A DNA stretch of 64,000 nt from Eledone cirrhosa (taxonomy: Eukaryota): the NCBI GenBank assembly GCA_964016885.1, contig OZ024756.1, positions 28,458,001 to 28,522,000 of the forward strand. The letters are read 5' to 3'. A program made the position numbers and the translations under genes. The notes beneath the pieces are model-generated. The model searched no databases. It worked only from the letters and a program-made list of their open reading frames with translations, and was not told the DNA's origin. Each line of letters opens with the position of its first letter. Position 1 is the first letter of the stretch. This document shows, piece after piece, positions 54,791 to 64,000 of this stretch.

Positions 54791-57700
54791 CTTTGATAGG
54801 TTTCAACCAGTATTGGCCCAGGCCATGTCTAACTTAGTAGCACCACCTGGCGAAGTCTTTCACATCAGGATTTGGCCACCATGGCCCACTCGAGTAGAGA
54901 GTTATTGTTTACGGAGGCATCCCCATGTGTAGGATATATACACTCACACATATATATACATACAGAAATGTTTTCCAGAAATTCTCTTTTGTGTCTACAG
55001 CTAAGTTTTTAAAAAGATGTTTTACCATATATGGTAAAAAAATTATTGGATAGATAATCAAAATAGTAAATCACATGACTTAACATACTTCCTATTATAA
55101 AACTCACCTTCTCTATGTTATACCATAACAACAGTTATTTCTAGTCTATATTATAACACTGACCATTTCTACTTAATATCATAATATTGACCTTCTCTAC
55201 TCTATATTATAACTAACCATCTCTACTCTATCTTATAACAACAACCATTTCTACTCTATAACACTAAACTTCTCTATTCTATATTATAACTAACCTTCTC
55301 TACTTCATATTATAACACTAACCTTCTCTACTCTATTTCACAGCAACAACCATTTCTACTCTATAACACTAAACTTCTCTACTCTATTTTATAACACTGA
55401 CCATTTCTACTTAATATCATAATATTGACCTTCTCTACTCTATATTATAACTAACCATCTCTACTCTATATTATAACTAACCTTCTCTACTTCATATTAT
55501 AACACTAAGCTTCTCTACTCTATTTCACAGCAACAGCCATTTCTACTCTATAACACTAACTTTCTCTGTTCTATATTATAACAGTAACCCTTTCTACTTT
55601 ATATTATAACAGCGACCATCTCTGCTTGTGATAGTGTTCTTCATATCTGGAGGTTTGTTCCTATTCACCTATCATTCAACTGAATTCAACCTAATTGGCT
55701 TCATGCTGGTGATGACCGCAACATTTCTGTCTGGTCTTCGATGGACCCTAACACAACTAGTAGCACAAAAAGAGGGGTTAGGTTCGTACTTTCACACAAT
55801 ATTCTTTCATTCTTTTACTCGTTTACTGGTTTCAGTCATTAGAATCTGGCCATGCTGGAATGCAACCACCTTAAAAGTAATTGGCATTATCTGTTTAGCA
55901 TTTAGACCAGCCATTATCTGGCCAGAATTCTCTCACCTCTTTCTGTTCAAACCACCTGTAACCAGTTGCTGATACTGACATTGAGGTATTGTTCTCAAAA
56001 TAAATAACATCAAAATTTTGTAGGTTCGATATTATGTGAGATAAAGTTTTTACTGTGAAAATATAATAGTATATATAGATATATAGAGTAATATAAATAC
56101 TAAAGGGTTAAACTAAATTTTACAGTCCATTTCGTATTGTCTTAGCTTTCTTAAAACATATATTTTTCTACATTATACATGATACACAATGTTTCAAGCA
56201 AACTACAACATTCTATTAAAGTATGAAGTTTTGTATCATAAAATGAGTCTGGTTTTAGGTAGTTTGGTATCAAAAGAGTTAAATGATGATGATGATGATG
56301 ATGATAGATATTCTTGGGTTTCGAATAATTGTCCACACCTAGTCTTATTAAATTTTTAGACCCCCCCCCCCCCCCCCCCCCCCCGGTTATTACATTTTGC
56401 TAATCTCTCTGGCGAAATTTTATTTTAATTTTCTTTATACATTAAAAGATATTACAAGAAATCCCACACGTTATAAGATAAATAGGATAAGTTAGGGTCT
56501 CAATATGTAAACTAAACGAGTAATTCTGGTTTAAAAAAAAAAATATAAAGGGAGAAAACCTAGAAAAATTACTGAATTTTCCACCCACCCTGTTTATTCT
56601 AACCCTATCTGCTTATTCCAACCACCTCCACTTATTCCAACCACCCCCACTTATTCCAGCCATTCCTGCTTATTCCCCCCATCACTACTATTTGGGACCT
56701 GAGAATATTGTAAATGAAAAATCTATGACAAATGTGTTTCATATTTCAGGTCTAACTCATCCTCTTGATATAATGTACCATATTGAACCATGGATGATCC
56801 TGGGTCTTCTACCATTGTCTGCCTCATTTGAAGGTTTGGTCTTCTCATCTTTCTTACATTTCATCCTTTATATACACTGGTTTAACCTTTTAGCATTTAA
56901 ACTGGCTGTATCCGGCCAGAATTCTCTCACCTCTTTCAATTCAAACCAGCTTTAACTGGCTGCTCATACTGATTTTAACCCTTTAGCTTTTAAACCAGCC
57001 GTATCCATCCAGAATTCTCTCACCTCTTTCTGTTCAAATCAGCTGTAACTGGCTGCTCATACTGATTTTAACCCTTTAGCTTTTAAACCAGCCGTATCCA
57101 TCCAGAATTCTCTCACCTCTTTCTGTTCAAATCAGCTGTAACTGGCTGCTCATACTGATGTTAAGGTATTGTATCAAAATAAATTTCAAAATCTCATAGA
57201 TTCGATATTATGTGAGATAATTATCCTGAAAATACAATAGAAAATATAGAGTAATGCAAATGCTAAAGGGTTAATGTTTTTATATTTAACTAAAAACCTT
57301 ACATTATAATTTTATGTAAGAACCTTTGTTATGTTCTGTTATAATGGAGTGTTACACCTGTTAGTATATCTGTATGAATGAAGGTAAATACAGATGTAAT
57401 ATTCACCAGATGTAATTTTGAACTACCAACGAGATCACTACAATGAGACTCCATGTACGCAGTCTACTGACAGTTCACTTCAGTTATTATTTATAGACAT
57501 TTTGCCTAGTCCACTTTTAGTTACGCAGGGGTGTTCAGGGTTTTTCCCTACAATATGTTTCAAACACCAGAGAAAGTTAGTTATATTACTGAACCCAACA
57601 TGCTCTATGTCTTTGTTGTTGTGCTTGTTTAGCCCCAGGTCAACCACAATCCAGCAGACATATGATCAAAGGCATTTCAGTTGTGACCATCTCATGTTTT

Positions 57701-60700
57701 TGTATACTAGGGATTGCACTGTCCAGTATATCCTTGCTTATTTGAGAGAGTAGGGTGTAATTTGGGGGAGATTTGGCTTCTATTTCTAGCAGGTCAAGCA
57801 ACTGTGTAGAGATTCCCTTGAATTTTGGTTGTTATATAGAAGAAACCTGTAATGTATGTAACTTTGAAGTGAATCATAGGTGAAAGATGATTTACAAATA
57901 GAAATAGTTTTAACTATTTTCATTATTATTTTTTCCTCAGCAGGGCAGTGAATTGGTAGAATTGGTAGAGCGTCGGACACCATGCTTTGCAGCATAGAGT
58001 TACGGTCCTTTACAGTCTGAGTTCAAATCCTGCTGAGGTTAGCTTTGCTTTTCATCCTTACGGGGTCGATAAAATAATGCACCAGTAATGCACTGGGGTT
58101 GATTTAATCAACTTTCCCTCCCCTAAAAAATTGTTGGCCTTGTGCCTATATAAGAAATCATGATTTTTCCTCGGCAGGATTTGAACTCGGAGTGTAAAAA
58201 GTTATGTCCCTCTATGTTCCGAGTTCAAATCATGTCAAGGTTAGCTTTACCTTTCATCATTACAGGGACAATAAAATAAAGGTTTAATAATGCACCTGTC
58301 TGATGTCTGCATCCTAGGTGGCTGCCTAGCTGGGCTTAATGGTAGCGAAAGCCCTGGTTGTATGTGATCATGAATTGGTGTTGTCATATTGTCTATAAGC
58401 TGAAGCATATAGACAATATGCCCCCACACCCTCCCACTGCAAAAAAGCACCCAGCTCACACTGTAAAGTGGACGTGTAGGCGCCACGGAAAAAAAGCACC
58501 CAGCACTCACTGTAAATGAGGTTGGTGTTTGGAAGGGCATCCAGCTGTAGAAATCAAGCTAGAATCAGTTCCTGTATGAGCAAGACAAGGTCAGCCGACC
58601 AGACACTGCCCACAACAGGACAACCCGTCTAACCCATGCTAGCATGGAAGAACGGACGTAAAACGGTGATGATGATGATGATTACCAGTCTAGTAGTGGG
58701 GTCGATTCTTCCCCTGTGTCTCTTTGTCATTTCCATTTTTTCACTTTCAATCCTTCTGGAAGAAATCTACTGTATTCAAACCTAGAGAGGATTGCGCTCC
58801 GCCAGGTTTTAAAAATGCCCTACAAATGCTGTATGTCAATACAGTGCTCCTATGACTTCCCCCAAGAGTTACAAGACCAACGGGGCATGCATACCAGTTT
58901 CCTAATCTCATTTTAACTATTTCACTTTGGCTTGAAAGATTTTTTTTTGTTGAATTTTTCAGGGCTGAGAATTGTCAGCACAAAAAATTTTTTCCGGTGC
59001 GACAACATAACTCTTCTCCTACAGAATACCAGTTGGGCATTAATTGGTGCCATTATGGCTTTCTTTATGGAAATAGCCGAGTTTCTTCTCATCCGAAACA
59101 CCTCTAGCCTTACTCTATCAATTGCTGGAATTTTCAAGGTAAGTTTATTATTATTATTTTTTATTTTTTAAGAGGGACTCAATTATCATCATCGTCAGCA
59201 ACAGCATCACCTTCATAATCATCTCTTTCTTCTTCTTTTTCTTCTTCTTCCAATGATGGTGGTGATGGTTACAAAGATGTCAATAATGACAATGATGATG
59301 ATTAGTTCGGTATTCTGTTTCAGTGTTAATGATCTGACACTTAATCAATATGTAATCCATTGATTTATTTCAATTGAATTGTATATCATATCAATTAATT
59401 CTCTTGATTGTGTTGTTTTTTTTTAAATTTGCTCCCATCTCTTTTGCAGGAAATAATTGTATTATTTTTAGCTGCAGAGATCAACGGAGATCATATTTCT
59501 ACCATGAATGCTGTCGGGTTTATCATTTGTCTGTGTGGAATAACATTTCATGTGTTTTTAAAGAATATACAGAGTAAGTATAAAACATTTTATTTATGAA
59601 GATAAAAACATATTCAAACATTACAATCAATAACAACAACTGGCATTTTAAGGCCATCTTAAAAATAGGGCTTGACCATCTTAAAAAAGGGCCTGACCAT
59701 CTTAAAAAGAGGGCTTGCCCATCTTAAAAAGAGGGCTTGCCCATCTTAAAAAAAGGGCTTGGCCATCTTAAAAAAAGGACTCGGTCATCTTTGAAAAGGG
59801 CTTGGTCATCTTAAAAAAAGGACTCGATCATCTTAAAAAAAGGATTCAGTTGTCTTAAAAATTGGGCTTGGTCATTTTAAAAAAAGGGCACGGTCATCTT
59901 TAAGAAAAGGACCTGGTATTCTTAAAAAAAGGACCCAGTCATCTTAAAAAAAGGGCCCAGCCATCTTAAAAAATTGGGCTTGGTCATCTTAAAAAAAGGG
60001 CTTGACCATCTTAAAACTGGACCCAGCCATCTTATAAAGGGTTCAGCCATATTACCCACTATGAAACAGTATGTGAGCCTCAACATGGTCATTCTACTTG
60101 CTAGAAATAGCAGACAAATACAGTACTGCAATCCTAAAAAAGGAAGAACTCATTGGATAATGAAGCTTTAGACACACTAAAACACACTAACAAAAAGGAT
60201 GGGATGGTCATGGCAGGAATATTTTTGATCATAGGTCTGCTGGATTGAGGTTGACTATGGGCTAAATTTCTCCGTTCTTTTATTATCCTTATTCTCTTTC
60301 ATATCCATCAAATCCCACCAAAAGAATGTTTTACAACCACCTGAAGCAAGGATTATCCTTGTCAGACTCCAAGACAAGCTTCTCCATTTTGCCTTATCAA
60401 TCATCTGTAACGCCCCCCCCCCCCCCCCCCCCCACACACCTCACCAGTCTCATGACTTTCATTTCCTGTACCATCACCCTCAGCCAAGTCACTCTTGTTA
60501 TTTCCATTCTTCTTTTATCAACCTTACTCCCCCCTTTCTTACCCCTCACTCCCAACAAAAATGCTTTAAAGCCATCCTCCTTGCTAAGGCAGCAGTTAGC
60601 CTTGTAGGTCCCATGACAAACTTCTCCATTTTGCTCCAATCATCTGTAACCACCCCCCTATGAGAAATGTTCATTGTGCCTTTCTTTTTTCAGGGAATGA

Positions 60701-60812
60701 CAAGCCAAAAAGATGCAATGAATTAGATGAAGAAGTTATAGAAATGTTAAATGCCCATGGTGATGCTAACATAAGTTCTGATGAAGAAACGCATTTTTTA
60801 AGATTACATTGA
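48107..60812 (+). CDS. SLC35C2: SLC35C2 orthologue (nucleotide-sugar/TPT-family transporter), 9 coding exons, ~386 aa. Exons: 48107-48307, 50006-50156, 51110-51173, 53647-53719, 55613-55781, 56750-56833, 58963-59138, 59450-59573, 60694-60812
   Basis: GT-AG introns with consistent phases, 1161 nt. Family motifs: [84 protein letters not shown]. Confidence 0.92.
48860..49405. repeat. Inverted repeat (~180-bp arms) with the right arm interrupted by a MITE
   Basis: Centre at 49039-49050; pairing resumes after the insertion at 49154-49321. Confidence 0.88.
49420..49852 (-). mobile_element. 3' fragment of a CR1/L2-group LINE; second fragment on the plus strand at 21960-22170
   Basis: Translation NTRGH...[21 protein letters not shown]...SFK is typical of the CR1 ORF2 C-terminus. 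Confidence 0.78.
50483..50522 (+). ncRNA. Type I hammerhead ribozyme, one arm of an inverted pair (other copy on the minus strand at 50582-50621)
   Basis: gatt CTGATGA gtcc-cacaa-gtat GAAA caattg TA aatt; the inverted copy reads CTGATCA gtcc-cacga-ggat GAAA caattg TA. Confidence 0.65.
52722..52755 (+). ncRNA. Degenerate minimal hammerhead of Penelope pLTR type
   Basis: ttc CTGAAGA A ggac-atat-gtcc GAAA catt gaa, in a ~300 bp unique insert ending at (TA)n. Confidence 0.5.
54096..54211. repeat. Inverted repeat, 55-bp arms, 6-nt loop
   Basis: ataggaaaatgttt...gctatttc agttca gaaatagc...aaacattttcctat. Confidence 0.95.
55085..55612 (+). repeat. Degenerate ~25-28-bp tandem repeat abutting the SLC35C2 exon 5 acceptor
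   Basis: Unit ctaaccttctctactctatattataaca. Confidence 0.85.
58385..58682 (+). mobile_element. RTE-associated SINE-like repeat (family C). Copies at about 18845-18995, 22770-23092, 35515-35885, 44885-45175, 46757-47040, 48500-48650, 54400-54575
   Basis: ggaagggcatccagctgtagaaa ... acccatgctagcgtggaagatggacgttaaacg(atg)n. Confidence 0.75.
59650..60052. repeat. 21-22-bp minisatellite
   Basis: Unit ccatcttaaaaaaagggcttg. Confidence 0.88.
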
Positions 60813-61183
60813 AGTGATCTAGGGAGTTTGTGTGTTCAAACACATATATTTATGTTTATATATATATATATATATATACATATATGTATATTTATAGATA
60901 TATATTTATATATCTATATATCTTTGCTGTATATATACATACATATATGTATATTTATAGATATATATTTATATATCTATATATCTTTGCTGTGCAAATG
61001 TGAGAAACATGGGATATTTTACTAAAGCTGTATATCTATCTATCTATATATACATATATACATATATAACAGATTTGCTGTTAGTGTTACCCTCTCAGCA
61101 TGAAGTCCATGTAAACATCTTCCATATTGTTAAATTCCTTCAAAGAAGCCAAATTGGTTTCTTTTAAAAACAACCACACACAC

Positions 61184-61226
<43 letters not shown>

Positions 61227-61230
<4 letters not shown>

Positions 61231-61520
61231 GATTCGCACCTAAGAAGTTGCCCTCCCAGGCACAAGTCCAGGCATGGTTGTTTGTGGAAGATCAGCAGTT
61301 GCCTATGCATACCAGCCACGCCACCGATGTTGTCCAAGGAAAAGTCTAAGGCCGATACAGCTTGGCGCCAGTGATGTCGTAACTCATTTCTACAGCTGAA
61401 TAAACTGGAGCAACGTGAAATAAAGTGTCTTGCTCAAGAACACAACACTCAGGCTGGTCCAGGACTCGTACTCAGAGCCTCACGGTTTTAAGCTTGATGC
61501 TCTAACCACTAAGCCATGTG
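61227..61520 (-). mobile_element. tRNA-derived SINE (family D), minus copy
   Basis: Reverse complement of the 61524-61845 copy; A and B boxes, ttgagcaagacactt core. Confidence 0.85.
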
Positions 61521-61523
61521 TAG

Positions 61524-61845
61524 GCATATGGCTTATTGGTTAGAGCATTGGGCTTGCAATTGTGAGGTTGTGAGTTCGATTCTCAGACTAGGTGATGTGT
61601 TGCATCCTTAAGCAAGACACTTTATTTTGCTTTGCTCCAGTTTACTCAGCTGTAGAAATGAGTTGTGATGTCACTGGTGCCAAGCTGTATCGGCGTTTAC
61701 CTTTCCCTTGGACAACATCGGTGGCGTGGAGAGGGAAGACTGGTACACATGGGTGGCTGCTGGTCTTCTACAAACAACCTTGTCTGGACTCATGCCTCGG
61801 AGGAGAGCTTTCTAGGTGCAAATCCCATGGTCATTCGTGACAAAA
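61524..61845 (+). mobile_element. tRNA-derived SINE (family D), plus copy. Others at 51240-51655, 54600-54750 and 11733-11870
   Basis: A-box tggcttattggttagagc, B-box gagttcgattc. Confidence 0.85.
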
Positions 61846-61852
61846 CAGGATC

Positions 61853-61883
<31 letters not shown>

Positions 61884-62097
61884 AAAAATATGAACTGAAT
61901 TTCATTATTTTGACATTCAAATAGAAAAAACAAAATCAAAGACAACTTTGAAGATATTGTTATTTTTATGCTGTCTTTTTATCTAGAAGATGTATTTATT
62001 TTTATTTTTAATTTCGTATTTTCAAAATATTCTTTTCTAGATCTGTCTTTTAGATCTGATTCATCAGAATTTTTTTTATGGGTCTATATTTTGAGAA

Positions 62098-62151
<54 letters not shown>

Positions 62152-62362
62152 TTTTAAAGAAAAAAAATCAATAAAAAAACAAAACAGACTTTAAACATTT
62201 TAATCAAACCACCCCCAGAAACCTCCTCTCAGATATATCTCATTCGAGTCCTAAATAAAACTACATATGTATGAGCTGTAAAAGAATATGTAAATTTTAT
62301 ATTTTTTATTCAAAAATATAAAGATGTAAAAAAAAAAATTTATTTTTGATGAATATTAAATA

Positions 62363-62420
<58 letters not shown>

Positions 62421-62424
62421 TATA

Positions 62425-62758
62425 TTATAAAGAAAACGAAAAATCAGTGATGCATCTGGACTTAATTTATGCGTGTTACAATTGTTTCTCCGGCAGGTAG
62501 CTTGAGACGTGGTCCTTGTATGGATCTGGCTGATTCTACTTTTGCAGGTTCATTCAGTCACGAGTATTTCGTTAGGAGCAAATTTTATCAGTCATAAAAT
62601 TTGCTCCTAACGAAATACTCGTGTCTGAAAGAACCCGCAGAAGTAGAATCAGCCGGATCCATACAAGGACCACGTCTCGAGCTACCTGCCGGAGAAACAA
62701 TTGTAACACGCAATAAATTAAGTCCAGATGCATCACTGATTTTTCGTTTTCTTTATAA
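62425..62758. repeat. Long inverted repeat, 164/165-bp arms, 5-nt loop
   Basis: 62425-62588 is the reverse complement of 62594-62758 with about 7 differences. Confidence 0.97.
62620..62710 (+). ncRNA. Hammerhead-like motif with 8-nt core and long stem II
   Basis: cgtgt CTGAAAGA [61 nt; ccgcag..gtag pairs with ctacctgccgg] GAAA caattg TA acacg. Confidence 0.5.
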
Positions 62759-62840
62759 CATCTACACTCTACTCTGATGAATATCGAGTGCTAATTTTGG
62801 CATACCGCCTATGGAAGCACCTTAGCTACCATTATACACA

Positions 62841-62883
<43 letters not shown>

Positions 62884-62975
62884 CCAAATATTAATATGGT
62901 TCGTTGATTAATCAACGAATACAATTTTACAATAGATTAGAAGCACTCGACAAGAGATTTTCATGGAGTATTTAA

Positions 62976-63138
62976 TATTATTCAAAATGTTAATAAATGA
63001 AAAATATTCTCATAATCAAATATATATTTTATTATACATATTATGAAAACATACACCATTGTACCTTTGGAATATGTATAATAAAATATATATTTTGATG
63101 ATGAGAATATTTTTCATTTATTAACATTTTGAATAATA
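62976..63138. repeat. AT-rich inverted repeat, ~67-bp arms, 28-nt loop
   Basis: tattattcaaaatgttaataaatg... / ...catttattaacattttgaataata. Confidence 0.9.
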
Positions 63139-63258
63139 TATATATATATATGTATATATATAGCATTTTTATTCATAACAGTATATCTATCTATGTATCT
63201 CTATATATATACATATGTGTGTATATATATGTATGATATATATGTATGATATATATGT

Positions 63259-63795
63259 CACTCAGTTTAACACCACCTCCTGGTCTTTGGGTAATAGAAT
63301 TAATATATCACCCAGTTTAACATTAGCACCAGGTCCTTGGGTGGTAGACTTAATGTATCACCCAGTTTAACACCACCACTTGGTCCTTGGGTGGTAGACT
63401 TAATGTGTCACCCAGTTTAACACCACCACTTGGTCCTTGGGTGGTAGACTTAATGTATCACCCAGTTTAACACCACCACTTGGTCCTTGGGTGGTAGACT
63501 TAATGTGTCACCCAGTTTAACACCACCACCTGGTCCTTGGGTGGTAGACTTAATCTGTCACCCAGTTTAACACCACCACTTGGTCCTTGGGTGGTAGACT
63601 TAATGTGTCACCCAGTTTGACACCACCACTTGGTCCTTGGGTGGTAGACTTAATGTATCACCCAGTTTAACACCACCACTTGGTCCTTGGGTGGTAGACT
63701 TAATGTGTCACCCAGTTTAACACCACCACTTGGTCCTTGGGTGGTAGACTTAATGTGTCACCCAGTTTTGCACCACCACTTGGTCCTTGGGTGGG
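63259..63795. repeat. 49-bp minisatellite (~11 copies)
   Basis: Unit cacccagtttaacaccaccacttggtccttgggtggtagacttaatgtgt. Confidence 0.93.
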
Positions 63796-64000
63796 TGGTC
63801 TCAGGGTCGCCATCACCCGGCCCTTGGGTGCTAGATGTGATATGATGATCCATTTAATACCACCATCTGGTCCTTGGATGGATGGCGACAGGTAATCAGA
63901 ATCTTCCACCCAGTTTATCACAACCACCTGGCCCATGTGCTTCTGCTATTGCAGAGTAATAAGGTGCTGAGTTCAAGTCCCCCATTTTCTGCTCTCCTGT

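Noticed and set aside
62027-62070. Minus-strand CTGATGA...GAAA motif
   Set aside because: Stem II is offset from the core and there is no stem III or UH site; probably chance

Overview
Eukaryotic, AT-rich, microsatellite-dense genomic DNA. The repeat landscape suggests a coleoid cephalopod such as Octopus (inference). Two divergently oriented spliced genes can be rebuilt by hand with GT-AG boundaries and consistent intron phases. The first is a ZFAT orthologue on the minus strand: 13 coding exons, 21549->4522, about 1335 aa, with an AT-hook, 17 C2H2 fingers and 2 C2HC-like fingers. The second is an SLC35C2 orthologue on the plus strand: 9 coding exons, 48107->60812, about 386 aa. Introns and intergenic DNA hold tRNA-derived SINEs, piggyBac-, hAT- and pogo-type MITEs, decayed LINE fragments (CR1, RTE, Tx1/L1, CRE) and many minisatellites. 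Most entries in the ORF track are microsatellite artefacts. The most striking unexplained signal is a set of at least seven fold-back (long inverted-repeat) insertions, mostly embedded in (TA)n tracts. Several carry type I hammerhead-ribozyme cores, including an atypical variant with an 8-nt core and long stem II inside a 164-bp-arm hairpin (62620-62710). A separate, unfolded insert holds an apparently intact hammerhead (3162-3216). This points to Penelope-like or retrozyme-type elements that seed long dsRNA in and around genes. Other notable features are an intronic array of about 30 perfect CRE sites, a head-to-head SINE pair just after the SLC35C2 stop codon, a tandem amplification of a splice acceptor, and a piggyBac MITE family concentrated beside exons.
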